64,000 bases of DNA, from NCBI RefSeq assembly GCF_009914755.1, contig NC_060927.1; one strand, 5' to 3'. Shown piece by piece: positions 26,683-40,023 of this stretch. The notes beneath the pieces were generated by a model. That model had not been told where the DNA came from, ran no database searches, and worked only from the letters and a program-made list of their open reading frames with translations. The translations under genes were made by a program, and so were the position numbers. This DNA is from the human T2T-CHM13v2.0 reference genome, Homo sapiens. The stretch's first letter is position 1. Every line of letters begins with the position of its first letter.

Positions 26683-26891
26683 CTCCCTAATGAAATAGAT
26701 GAAGACCTAGGTTGATATTTTGTCTATAATGACACCAGACACTGGGTCTACTTCCCAAATGATCCCCTTTACATTATGCTTTATTTTCAAACACAGGAAA
26801 GAAGGGAAACAACCATATGGGCCAAGGATAATTTTTGACCTGGAATGTAAAGGTTTGAAGAACTTATCTATGTGGCATGTATATCACTATG

Positions 26892-26893
<2 letters not shown>

Positions 26894-26927
<34 letters not shown>
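26894..26927 (+). repeat. (GA)n microsatellite
   Basis: About 17 AG units seen directly. Confidence 0.95.
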
Positions 26928-26931
<4 letters not shown>

Positions 26932-28387
26932 CATAATTCACAAAGTGACAGAAAATTGGTATTTACATGGGGAGTGGGAAAAAGCTCAAAAGCAAATTTT
27001 TGCCTCAGTCAGCAGCAGAAATCTCTCACAAATCTCCCAGACAAATAGTCCAAGAGATGAGCCATCTCTCAGAAAGAATGCACTTGTACTGAAAGATTAG
27101 AAATGTTCAGTATGAAAGGGCTTTAGAGAAATGGAGAAATAGTTTTTCATGCAGCTCTCCACAGAAAGAGCTCTTTTGTTTTTTGCCTTAAAACTATAAA
27201 AAGAAATTTAAGTTTAAAAATTAAAAAACACTATCTTCAAGATAGCTCCTTTATTATAAAGATAATCTTTTTATTTCTAGGAAGAGTTGCATAAAAAGTA
27301 GCCATAACTTCTAATGTACTGTGTTACAGAAAGTGGTATACAATCAGCTGGTAACAACAGCATAACAACAGAAGGAATATGAGCTGCACCGGGCTTGAGC
27401 TCTGAGTATACAAGGGACTGGCCTTTGAGTAGTAACATAAGGAGCAAGAGATTTCTCCAGGGAGCACAACCAATTTTGCTACCAATAACTACCCAATTTG
27501 GCATGGACCAACACTTTTTAGCTCTGGCCAAGGAAGAAGAACTGGAAGGTAAAAAACAAGAGGATGCACAGCAGGAGAGAAAATGAGTAGCCATTCTTAG
27601 CTTCAGTGTCCACTAGGAAGAGGGATTAGTAATTCACACTAAAACCCATTCAGTATCTACACTGATAAGTATTTTTAATCTGCGGTTAACTAAAGTTAAT
27701 CATAAGCAATAAACTATAAGTATTTAGAACAATGCCTTGCGTATAATAGCAACTTAATATTTATTGAACACATAAACTATAAGGAGTTTTGAAAGTATTT
27801 TGCTCTCATTTTATCCTTCCATTTACTTTATGGTGTCCTGAGTCCATATTGCTAAGAAAAGAGACCCAACCTGCATTCCTAGTCTCTATTCTGCTGTACC
27901 CATAAGGTAGCTCCAATGAGCACCTCTTACACTTAGGAGAAGAAAAAGATAGCTGTTATGATCCTAGTCTCTACCCCTAATCTGGGGTAAAGCTGAAATA
28001 ATAACCCAGGGAGTCATGAAATAAATAAGTAAAGGAGGATAGAGAGTTATAGCAAAGGAGGAAATAAAGGATTGAATGTAAACACTTTTTAAATCAATCC
28101 CTCACCCATTGCTACATTAGCATGTAGCTGAGTGATTTTCTTCCCTGTAATTTAACCCTTCAACTGTGTTGGGTCATCCTATTGTAAAACTGTTCTTTAT
28201 GACTCAAAATGGCTCTGCCCCCAGACTGAAACTGACTAAAGTACCTTTGTTTTTGCAGATTCAAAACAAAACATCAGGGGGAACACAAGATTCACATAGA
28301 TAAGTGGCCAGTTTTCTTCATTTCTGTTCAAAATTACATGGGGGAACAATGGTAGAAAGTAGAAAATATATAATGAATAAATAATAG

Positions 28388-28600
28388 ATTCATTTATTTA
28401 ATCAACAAATATTTATTGAGCACTGATACATGTGTGCCTGGCACTGGCTAGTTACTAATACAGGGATGAACAGGCCACACATTGTCCTGTCCTCATAGAG
28501 CTTACGGTCTAGCAGGGGAGACAGATATTAAACCAAGAATCCTATAAGTGTGTAACAATTTTCATGAAGGAAACGTACAGTGTGAAACAAATACAAGAAT
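28388..28600 (-). mobile_element. L2 3' end
   Basis: tcaacaaatatttattgagcact...gcctggcactgg...cctgtcctcatagagcttacggtctagcagggga. Confidence 0.85.
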
Positions 28601-29369
28601 AAAAGTGTAAAATATGATAGATAAAGCAAACCCATCTCACACAAGGAAATCAACGCATTTGAAGCCAAACAAAAGAAAATGTAGTTTCTCAGTTTAACAT
28701 CACACCTGTAAAAATAATTCAAAAACATTATTAGGAAGCTTTTGAATGTGTTCATTCTAAATTATAAACACAAAAGAAAAGCCACTGAATGAAAAACATA
28801 TTAATAACGTAACTACCTATAATAGGAAATTGGAAAAAGTCTGATTATAACTAGCAACATCACATTTTGCAACTGCCTCTAGAAAGTCTTGGTGTATGAT
28901 CTCTCAGGCCACTTATCACTATTGATCTTGGGCCATTTACAAAATATCTTGGATTCTTGCCGCAGTGATATATGGATAATGAACAACATTCCATACTTTC
29001 TCTGACCTCAACGTGGAATTCCTGCTCTTTGGCTGAAATTTATTCACTTTACTACTATAAGTTCTACAAACATACAGTATTTTCAAATATTATAAAAGAC
29101 TACATGTTTACTAAAACTGAGGAAGGGATTGAAGAGACATCAGAAGAAGCTCTAAGAAAAGTATTGCTATAAACCTAACATGAGAAAACGCAGGCAATTC
29201 ATCATGATTTTTAAAAGCACAGGTGTTTGATAGTCAGGAAAGGACTAGGGTCCCCACTGTTGAGCAGGCTGCCACTGCAGTGAAGAACCAGGTAGCAAAC
29301 AGAGTAGTATGGAAAAAACAATATGTTACAGCTTGGGCTGTATCTCCTTAGTTGCTCCTGTGTCACCCA

Positions 29370-29880
29370 TATTCAATCATTCTACCAACATTGAAAGCCG
29401 GATGTCACCAAGACATCATGCTTGTGTTGGAGAAGGGAAGAATGCAACACTTCCCCTGCTCTCAAAAATGCATATAATTTCATCAGGACAGTCTCAGAAC
29501 GACTAATTAGAAAATATGACAGAATTTAAAAAAGCACTAGCCTGAGGTACAAGGAATGTCTATGGAGGCCCCACAGAGGTACAGCTCATTCTACATGGGA
29601 GGAACCAAGAAGGATTTAAGAAGGATGTAGGACTGGAGCACAAAAGGGTGAGAATAAAGGAAAAGGCATTGTAGGTTGACGGGTGAATATAACTGAAGGC
29701 CTAGAATGTGAAAGAGAAAGACACATATTCATTATTTATAGGACTAGAACATAGGACAATGGGGGATTTGGTGGAAAACAAAATTAGAAAAGCCATTTAG
29801 GGGAGCCCAGTCCCTGAAGAGTCTAGAGCTTCTTCTGTAGGAAGTGAGAAGGTAATGGAAGGTTTAGGGGTAGGGAATAA
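29370..29880 (-). mobile_element. L2 fragment
   Basis: attcaatcattctaccaacattgaa...ccctgctctcaaaa...aaggcattgtagg...gtgagaaggtaatggaagg. Confidence 0.6.
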
Positions 29881-29884
29881 TATT

Positions 29885-30015
29885 GGCTAGGTGTGTAGTA
29901 GGCTATAAAATCTAGGTTTGTATAAGTACACCCTATGGTTTTTACATAATGATGAAATCACCTGATGACACATTTCCCAGAATGTAGCCCCTTCATTAAG
30001 TGACACATGACTGTA
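29885..30015 (+). mobile_element. Tigger3 (MER7)-type terminal fragment
   Basis: ctaggtgtgtagtaggctata...aagtacaccctatg...cattaagtgacacatgactgta. Confidence 0.85.
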
Positions 30016-30019
30016 TTTG

Positions 30020-30177
30020 CAGAAATGCATACCGATTGAGCATCTCTGATCTTAAAATTTGAAATCCAGTACGCTGCAATGAGCATTTCCTCTGAGCATC
30101 ACGTTGTCACTCAAAATGTTTGGGATTGTTGAGCATTATGGTTTGAAGATCTTCTGATTAGGGATGCTCAACTTGTA
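30020..30177 (+). mobile_element. Tigger4 (MER46)-type fragment
   Basis: ttgagcatc...caatgagcatttcctctgagcatca...tagggatgctcaacttgta. Confidence 0.85.
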
Positions 30178-30273
30178 ACTTTCAAGTTAACATACAACAG
30201 AGAGGGTTCAGAAACAGATAGATACTGCAAGTGACTCTGAAAAACAATGTTAAAACAGTCTGTCTATTCAAAC

Positions 30274-30274
<1 letters not shown>

Positions 30275-30321
<47 letters not shown>
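30275..30321 (+). repeat. (TA)n(CA)n compound microsatellite
   Basis: Seen directly. Confidence 0.95.
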
Positions 30322-30323
<2 letters not shown>

Positions 30324-31059
30324 ATTCCATAGGGAAGAAATGTATAAATTTTACATTAAAAACAATTTTGTCAGCTATAGTTAGAAACTTAAGGAATGTT
30401 AGAGGATTATTGAAGAGAAAGAAGGGGAAGACCTTTGATATAGTTGCTTAATCTAAATCAAGTAAACTTTTGTTTTAATTAAGGTACATTCTCATGGTCT
30501 AACTATGAGAGAGTTAGAGGGTCAAGTCATTAAGAAATTGCCCTTTGAAATGAATGACTGTTAAGAGAGCATCTTATCACTTTGCTTTGATAAAGAAAAA
30601 CTTCTAGAGCCTCTGGAAGGAAATACTTATTTTCCTAACACCAAAAGTATTCCTGAACTATAGGAAGGACAGCTCAGAAAGGCTTCACACTGGAAGTGAG
30701 ACCAGTGATGCCACAAGCCAACATCATGTTCTGATTAATACTGAACACCGCAGAAGTATGCTGATGTATGTCTACATTCCACAGTTTCTTTAAAACTTGC
30801 TTCAAACCATAATTTTCATGTAGTAAAGAAGTAGGCAATCCATACTTGTCCACATCTAGACAGCTTTAATACAGCATTACATTTTGGTTTCTAGAACAAT
30901 GTCAAATACAAATGAACTATAAACATTAATCATTCTCAGCTATTTGGGCTGGGAACTCTTGGTCCCAGGTTAGTGTTCCAAGGCCTTTCCATGATACGGT
31001 GGCAGCTGCTGAAAGGCCAGGTACAATATATACGTCCATATAAAAATGACTACCTTTTA

Positions 31060-31410
31060 GAACAGTATTCTCAGTCTATCTGTGGTGATGGGCCAGTCTT
31101 TTTAATTGTTTGCTCTGTTTGGTTGTTTAATGTTCAGCCCACTGCAGGCTAGAATGTAGTGCCACTGCACATGAGCAGTATGTAGCTTGCCCTCTATGCA
31201 CCTCACCATGGGCAGAACACAATACCTGAAATTTCCCATACCCTATTCAGTGAGATAAGGTCATTGATCATCTACTAGGATTTCATGGCTAGGTTAAATG
31301 GCTATAAAATGTCTAAACACTCTCAATTTCTCTACTCACCTTATCAGACTAGAAACAGTTTTCTTACTGGTACTGGTCTACCGACGTCACTTTGGGAAGC
31401 GCTGTATAGA
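31060..31410. mobile_element. hAT-Charlie (Charlie4a-like) DNA transposon remnant
   Basis: Termini resemble cagt..tctca..ctgtggt and cactttgggaagcgctg; degenerate interior. Confidence 0.5.
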
Positions 31411-32224
31411 AGATGGGCCTTGACAATCTGAATCACTTTCAGCGGTAATGAATAGGCTATGAGGTGAGACTAAGGAGGAAGAGACCAATGAGTAGACATG
31501 AAGCAAATGTTCTCTATGAGACAGCAAATGATGGCTGCATCAATACTTTCTGTCAGCACAGCCAAGCAGAGTGCCAGCTCTGTGGGAGGAGGGTTCCTCT
31601 CCTAGGCCTCCCTTAGGCTAACATTAGCTCCAGCCTGCAACAAACACACTCCAAGTATCTGCAAACATAGGGCCCCAAGACCAAATCTGTGAGGTACTCA
31701 AATGTGTGAATGAATTTACACTCACTGCCCTTTTCTCCAAGCTGGCCTCTCCTGCCCCCAGGAGGGACTCAGAAAGCACTTAGCTATAGTGATGGGTTTG
31801 AAAGCACCTCAAAGAAACTTCCATTTTCCCCATGAGTTCTCTGAAGGCTTCAGGAGAGAACTGCAATTTCACTTAATCCTTAGATAGTGTGTCCTACATT
31901 TTATAATTTCTGAAAATGGTATGCACGTTATAACTAATGTATACACTTAGTATGGTAGTGTTACCTTTTTTTGCCCTCAACTATGTTTAAATTGATATTT
32001 TCTAGCTGATGCCATTTTAGAAATGGAGGAAATTAAGTATGTAATGTCATTGTGAATCAAAAGCATATGGTATTTTATTTCCCTTAGGCAGCTTTGCTTT
32101 AGGGAAGTGTATATCAGGAAAATGGATGAGAGCATTGGTCAGCCCATTTGACAGATTTAAATAATATATAAATAATATATAAGCAATAAATATAAAGGTA
32201 GATTATATATATGGCTACATGTGT

Positions 32225-32352
32225 ATTTTTTATTGCAACATATTTGAGAAAAAGTGTATATATTCAGTTATTACATGATAATCTGATGTACATATATACT
32301 ATATAATGATTACTGCAGTAAAACTATTTAACACATCCATCACCATGCATAG

Positions 32353-32402
<50 letters not shown>

Positions 32403-32548
32403 GGACACAAAAATCTACTCTCTTATCAAATTTCAAGTAAACGATACAGTATTATACAGTATTATTTACTACAGTCACCAGGCTGCACATGAGATCTCCA
32501 TAATTTATAATGAAAAGTTTCTGCCCTTTGAGCAACGTTTCCCATATT
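32225..32548 (-). mobile_element. L1MA (about L1MA7-9) 3' end containing (TG)n
   Basis: taacacatccatcacc...aaatctactctcttatcaaatttcaagta...cagtcaccaggctgcacatgagatctcc...ccctttgagcaac. Confidence 0.85.
32358..32400 (+). repeat. (TG)n microsatellite
   Basis: About 21 TG units seen directly. Confidence 0.95.
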
Positions 32549-33260
32549 TATTGAGATCCTGTTATATGCCAAGTACATGAGGGCTTCTCCTGTATTAACT
32601 CATTTAAAACTTATAATAACCCACTGTGGTTGGCACTCATTTTAAATACGCAAAAAATGAGGCACAGACAGGTTAAGAAATTGTATTAGGTTTCTCTAGA
32701 GGGACAGAACAAATAGGATAGATGTATATATGATGAAGGGGCATTTATTAGGAGAATTGACATCACCTTGTGAAGTCCTACAATAGGCCGTCTGCAAGCT
32801 GAGGAACCAGGAAGCCAGTCTGAGTCCCAAAATCTCAAAAGTAGGGAATCCGAAAGTGCAGCCTTCAGTCTGTTGCCGAAGGCCAGAGAGCTTGTAAGTC
32901 CAAGAGTCCCAAAGCTGAAGAACTTGGAGTCCGATGTTTGAGGGCAGCAAGCATCCAGCACGGGGAAAAGATGAGGACCAGAAGATTCAGGAAGTCAAGT
33001 CCTTCCACGTCCTTCTGCCTGCTTTATTCTAGCCACGCTAGCAGTTGGTTAGATGGTGCCCACCCAGATTGAGGGTGGGTCTGCCTCTCCCAGTCCATTG
33101 ATCTCCTTTGGCAACACCCTTACAGACACACCCAGGAACAATACTTTACATCCTTCAGTCCAATCAAGTTGACACTCAGTATTAACCATCTCAGAAATGT
33201 TTCCCAAGATCACACAGCTAGGAAGTGTTGTAGCTAGCCAGGGTTCAAATCAATGTTGAT
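32545..33260 (-). mobile_element. MIR split by an MLT2A LTR
   Basis: ...tgaggcacagacaggttaagaaat [LTR] gaaatgtttcccaagatcacacagctaggaagtg...; the two halves rejoin as a continuous MIR core. Confidence 0.85.
32682..33193 (-). mobile_element. MLT2A (HERV-L) solo LTR
   Basis: tgtattaggtttctctagagggacagaac...gcccacccagattgagggtgggtctgcc...gttgacactcagtattaaccatctca. Perfect TSD GAAAT at 32677-32681 and 33194-33198. Confidence 0.95.
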
Positions 33261-34868
33261 TACTGATACCCTAATCATCACTTAATCAACTTGTTGATAA
33301 AACAGCATCAAGTTCATTGCCTACTGAAATAAGAAAGAATACTCCCTTGACAGAGTCTTATTTTCTAGGAGGGATATTTATGAGGTTTGATGATCTGGTT
33401 TAAGGCAGGTATCCAAGGAAGGAAACTAACTCAGATTGGGCCAAGTTCCTGATAAAGCAGTTTAGGATTAATGGCCATAGCAAGGAAAGGGTTCCAAGTG
33501 AATCTGGAAGAGTAAACAGTGGCATGGTAAGTCTGAAGCGACCTCTTGTCCCAAAAGTGAGTTATTTATTCTAACAAGGGATAGTTGGATCATCTTTCAT
33601 TCAGATAAATGGGTTCCAGGAAGTCTTATAGCCAAATAATAATTCGCAACATCGTATTCCTGGGCAAGAATTTCTTGAAATAAGTCATATTAATGCAGAC
33701 AGTGATCTGCATGGCTCCAGATGGTTTGGGTTCCCACCAGGTGGTTGCTACCCATGCTCAACATTCATACAAGCTCAGCCACGCTTACTGACTGGCTGTA
33801 AGAATTTGATGAAATAATCTATGTCAACATGTTTCATAAGCTGGGAAGCACTATGTGCATATCAGCTGATAGAATTGTTAATAGTAGCAGTACCTGCAGT
33901 TCCTGACTTTAAGTCCCACTAGTTGGGCCAGAGCTTAATAACATGATTGAGTAAAGCAATTGAACCTAGCAGTTCTCTGAGGTAAGGCTCACCTTGAGTT
34001 AATCAGAATGGAAACTTGGCCGAGGAATGGAAGAACAACTTGGCACCAGGAAAATCCACATTCTCTGTATTCCTGAGAAAGCGAACACCCAGCTGTGAAT
34101 TTATTGACTCTCCCTTAAGAAGTTCTAATGGAATAAATTTTTCCTTCTTGGTGCCTGCTAATTAGACAATTATTTAACTCTGTTTCTTTTTTTAATGACT
34201 CTCTGCTGTTGTTTGAAGACTTCTGTCTATTATTTGTAATAAAAACCTCTGTCACATTTTTGCCTCATTATCCTTAACAAATAGTGCATTCCCCAGCCCC
34301 AATCCCTGGCTCCCTTAGTTCTCCCTCCCCCAGCACCTCCCCAATCTAGAGCTCCCAGAGTTTCAAAGAGCAGCTGTTATCATGTTGTTGACTGAGAGAT
34401 TTTTAGAAACTTCTATCACAGGCACAAGGCTCCATGGGGGGCTGTTGAATTAAATATCAGCTCTTCAAACAGGAATTAGCTCAGAGAACAAAAGCAGCAG
34501 GAAGACAAGGGACAAACACAGGCAAATGCTGCAGTCCTCCCACTCAGTGATTGAGAAACTAGTTCTCTTTTTCTTCCCTAGAACTCTAATACAGGAGTTC
34601 CTAGGCCCCTGACCACACTTGGCCATGATGAGTCATATATCTCTTCTCAGGGCTGGAGAAAAAGCCCAGCCCAGCCCTGGGTTACTTACTCTTCAATCAG
34701 AAAATGAGTGTGTTCAAAGGAAATTGTCCTTTTCACTATCCCCAATGGTGAGGCAGCCTCATTTCAGTACTGTGGAGGATTTTCTATGGAGCAACTATTT
34801 CTTCAGAGGGGAGAAGTGGGAAAACAAGAAAACAAAGGAATCAACATTTGCTAAGTCCTACTACATGA

Positions 34869-35417
<549 letters not shown>

Positions 35418-37762
35418 TAAAAATGCACTGAAACACACACACACACAAAGGCGATGCAGGCAACATATATATTTACCATTCCTTGACACCCCATTCACAA
35501 ATAGCATTTGCAATGTCCATAATCACAGAATTCCATTGGACTCATGATATGTGGGAGTTCAGTAAGACTCAAAGCAAGTACAAGGTAAGCATGTTAAGTC
35601 CATGACTTAGTAAGCGAGAGTGGTGGCAGCTCCAAGAAACCATACCTTCCTTTTACAACGGCACATGCTTTGAATACAGAAAGAAGAAAATGGCATTCTA
35701 AGAAGCACAAGCTACCAAGGAATCCTTTCATCCCTGTGTTAGTCAGACACATGCTGAAAATGACACAGGAGGAAAAGATAAGAGAAACTCACAGCTCCTT
35801 TTCTTTGAATTCTTCCCTACTCATAAATAACCTGAAGGTAGAAAATATTATAGACTATGTATGTGTGTATCAAGAAGTGAAATAATTTCTTTTTCATGAT
35901 GGCTGACTAGGAACATCAGATGTCAGTTCTCCTCAAAGAAGTTCAATGTTCCAGGTGAATGGTCATCATCTGAATGGAAAACTAAAGGAAGAGAGCCAGG
36001 CTCTGTCAGAGTGCCCACGGGAAGAAGCTGGGATGCAGAAAAGCAAAGCAGCAGGCATCTGGCAAAGATGGACCCCTGAGGAACTCGAAGCCACATGGAA
36101 AGGGTAGGTGGGGGTGCTTCTGTGCTCCCCTCACCCCTGGAACAATCTCCTGACTGCTAAATTGTCAAGGAGTACCTCTGCCCTCACAACCCAGTGCAAT
36201 GCTGTTAGTAGTGATTTGAGGACTTCCCGGGGACAGAGAACCAGGGGCCAGCTCACGCAGGGGCACCTGTACTCCCCTCAGGCCTGAACTGAGATGGCAA
36301 GCACCAGAGTGGTTGTGTAATTATTGTGGGCCACTGCTCTCTGCCTGGGGAACCTTACACCTTGAGTTACTACATCACCAGATACCCCCACCAACATACC
36401 CTAGAAACTTCTCTGACTTTGGCAACCGCAGAGGACCAGCATCCAAATTGGGAAAGAGCGAGTCAAATTATCTCTGTTTGTTGATGACATGATTGTACAC
36501 CTAGAAAACCCCAAAGACTACCACAGAAGACTCCTAACTTGAAAAGCATCTTCAATAAAGAATAAGGATACAAAATCATTGTATAAAAATTAGTTCCATT
36601 TCTATATGCTAACAATGCTCATGCTGAGAACCAAATTAAGAACTCAATCCCATTTACAATAGCCATGGAAAAATATCCTATGCTCATGGATAGGAAGAAT
36701 CAATATTGTGAAAATGACCATGCTGTTCAAAGCAATCTATAGATTCAATGCAATTCTCAGCACATTACCAGTTTTATTTTTCACAGAATTGGAAAAAACA
36801 ATTCTAAAATTCATATGGAACCAAAAAAGAGCCTGAATGGCAAAAGCAATCCTAAGCAAAAATAACAAAGCTGGAGACATCACATTACCTGACTGCAAAC
36901 TATTCTGCAAATCTATAGTAACCAAACAGCATGGTACTAATACAAAAATAGACACATGTGTCATATAAAAATAGACAAAAATATACACATGTATCAGTGG
37001 AACAGAATAGAGAAACCTGCAGCAAAGCCACATACCTATAACCAACTGATCTTCAACAAAGCTGACAAAAATAAACAATAAAGAGAGGACACCCTATTCA
37101 ATAAATGGTGCTGGGAAAACTAGCTAGCCATATGCAGAGGAAGGAAACTGGATCCCTATCTCTCATCATATAGAAAAATTAACCAAGATGGATTCAAGAC
37201 TTAAATATAAGACCTGAAACTATAAGAATGTTATAAGAAAACCTAGGAAAACCTTCTGGACATTGGCCTAGGTAAAGAATTTATGACTAACACCTCAAGA
37301 GCAAATGCAACAAAACTAGATAAATGGGACTTAATTAAACTAAAGAGTTTCTGCACAGTAAAGAAACAATCAACAGAGTAAACAGACAACCTACAAAGTG
37401 GGAGATATATTTGCAAACTATGCATCTGACAAAAGACTAATACCCAGAATCGATAAGAAACTAACACAAATCAACAAGTAAAAAACAATCCCATTAAAAA
37501 GTGGGCAAAAGACATGAACAGACACTTCAAAAGAAGACACATATGCGGCCAACAAATATATGAGAAAAATGCTAAACATCACTAATCATCAGAGAAATGC
37601 AAATTAAAACCACAGTGAGATATTATCTCAAACCAGTCAGAATGGCTATTATTAAAAAGTAAAAAATATAAGAGATGTTGGCAAGGATGAAGAGAAAAGG
37701 GAATGCTTATACATTGTTGGTGGGAATGTAAATTAGTACAACTCTAGGGAAAATAATAGGGA

Positions 37763-38122
37763 TGATATAGCTTGGCTGAGTCCCCCACCCAAATCTCATC
37801 TTGAATTGTCGCTCCCATAATTCCCATGTGTTGTGGGAGGAACCCGGTGGGAGATAATTGAATCATGGTGGCGGTTTCCCCCACACTGTTCTCATGGTAA
37901 TGAATAAGCCTCAGGAGATCTGATGATTTTATAAAGGTTTTCCCCTTTCGCTTGATTCTCATTCTCTCTTTCCTGCCGCCACATAAGACATCCCTTGCTT
38001 TTCCACCATGATTGTGAAGCCTCCCCAGCCATGTGGAACTGTGAGTCAATTAAACCTCTTCCCTTTATAAATTACCCAGCCTCAGGTATGTCTTTATTAG
38101 CAGCTACGAACAGACTAATACA
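37763..38122 (+). mobile_element. THE1B-type MaLR solo LTR inserted in L1 ORF2
   Basis: tgatatagcttggctgagtcccccacccaaatctc...cagactaataca. Flanks aggga/atgga. Confidence 0.95.
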
Positions 38123-38319
38123 ATGGAGATTTCTCAAAGAACAAAAATAGAACTACCATTGGACACAGCAATCCCACTACTTGGCATCTACCCAAAGGAA
38201 AAGAAATCATTATATAAGAAAGACACCTGCTTTTGTTTATCACAGCACTATTCACAACAGTAAAGTTAGAGAATCAACCTACTGTCCATCAATGGTTGAC
38301 TAAAGAAAATATTATATAT

Positions 38320-38321
38320 GC

Positions 38322-38354
<33 letters not shown>

Positions 38355-38371
38355 CACACACACACACACAC
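38320..38371 (+). repeat. (TA)n(CA)n microsatellite inside L1
   Basis: Seen directly. Confidence 0.9.
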
Positions 38372-38700
38372 TGTGCATTATGCAACCATAAAAAAGAATG
38401 AAATCATGTCCTTTTTAGCAACATAGATGGAACTGGAAGTCATTATCCTAAGGGAACTAAATCAGAAACAGAAAATCTAATATTATATGTTCTTACTTAT
38501 AAGTGGGAGCTAAATAATGGGTACACATGGACATAAAGATGGAAATAATAGTCACTGGGGGCAGGGATATGGACTGAAAAACTACCTGTTGGGTACTACA
38601 TTCAGTATTTGGGTGATGGGTTCACAGAAGCTTAAACCTGAACATTACACAATATACCCAGATAACAAACCTGTACATGTAACTCCTGAATCTAAAATAA

Positions 38701-39630
38701 AGTTCTTTGAGAAATCACCAAACTGCTTTTCACAACAGCTGAACTAACTTACATCCCCACCAACAGTGTATATGCATTCCCTTTTCTCCAAAGCCTCACC
38801 AGTAACTGTTATTTTTTGACTTTTTAGTAATAGCCATTCTGATTGCTGTAAGATGGTACCTTACTGTGGTTTTGATTTGCATTTCTCTAATGATTAATGA
38901 TGCTGAGCATTTTTTCATATGCTTGTTGGCTGCATGTATTTCTTCTTTTGAAAAGTGTCTGTTCATGTTCTTTGCCCACTTTTTAATGGTGTTGTTTGTT
39001 GTTGTTTGTTTTTTGCTTGTAAATTTGCTTAAGTTCCTAAAACAGAATTACCATTCAACCCAGCAATCCCACTATTGGGTATTTACCCAAGGAAGTATAA
39101 ATCATTCTGCCATAAAGACATATGCATGCATATGTTCATTGCAGCACTATTCACAATATCAAAGACAAGGAATTAACCCAAACACCCATCAATGGTAGAC
39201 TGGATAAAGAAAATGTGACAGACAAACACCATGGAAAACTATGCATCCATAAAAGGAATGAGATCATGTTCTTTGCAGCAACGTGGATGGAGCTGGAGAC
39301 CATTATCCTAAGCAAACTAACACAGGAACAGAAAACCAAATACCACATGTTCTCACTTAGAAGTGGGAGCTAAACATTGAGTATAGATGAACACAAAGAA
39401 AGGAACAACAGACACCACGGCATTCATTCTTGAGGGTAGAAAGTGGGAGGAGGAAGAGGTTCAAAAAACTACCTATTAGATACTATGCTGATTACCTTGT
39501 TGATGAAATAATCTATATGCCAAATCCCCATGACATGCAATTTACCTATATATCAAACCTGTGCATGTACCTCGAACCTAAAACAAAAGTTTAAAGAAGT
39601 TTAAAAAAAAATTGAAAAATAAAATACTTT
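38701..39630 (+). mobile_element. Second, 5'-inverted L1 (about L1PA13-16) in the tail of the previous L1
   Basis: 38701-39038 is antisense ORF2 (agttctttgagaaatc...). 39039-39630 is sense ORF2 end plus 3'UTR and an A-rich tail. Confidence 0.88.
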
Positions 39631-40023
39631 TTAAAAAAGTGAAATGAAAACAGCTGTTTTGTGTAGTGCGACCACTATTTTGGTAAGAAAGAATTATATA
39701 TGGATGCACCAGCTACAAAATATGAATTATATAATTATATATGAATTGTATAATTTCAGTGAATCCATATATGAGTTAAATGCTCTTATATTTGCATTTA
39801 AAAATGATATTGAACAACATAAAGATAAATTATAAACCATACTAATAATTTAAAATTCCAGCATTTCTTTACAACATTAAATAACAAAACACAGCATAAC
39901 AAGCTGAGTGAGACTGGAAGAAAGAAAAAAGCTTTATATTTTAGTACCTTTCACAATATTTTCTTCTCGCTTTTTGAACCAGGGGCCCCTCGTTTTGCAC
40001 TGGGCCTGGCAGTCCCCACCCTG

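Larger units (their letters stand above)
35886..38704 (+). mobile_element. Internally deleted L1 (L1PB/L1MA age): 5'UTR joined to ORF2 RT region through to 3'UTR
   Basis: 5'UTR start gatggctgactag (about 35898). From about 36439 the sequence is ORF2 '[24 protein letters not shown]'. The 3'UTR ends ctgaatctaaaataaaagtt. Approximate TSD aa(g/a)aagtgaaat(a/g)a at 35872-35885 and 39634-39647. Confidence 0.88.

Noticed and set aside
26163-33193. Two same-strand MLT2 LTRs about 6 kb apart as a possible HERV-L provirus
   Set aside because: They are different subfamilies (2B-like versus 2A), each has its own TSD, and the interval holds L2, Tigger, L1 and MIR rather than ERVL internal sequence.
33310-33730. 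Possible ERV1-like LTR remnant
   Set aside because: It has an LTR-like composition, but I could not define termini, a TSD or a family.
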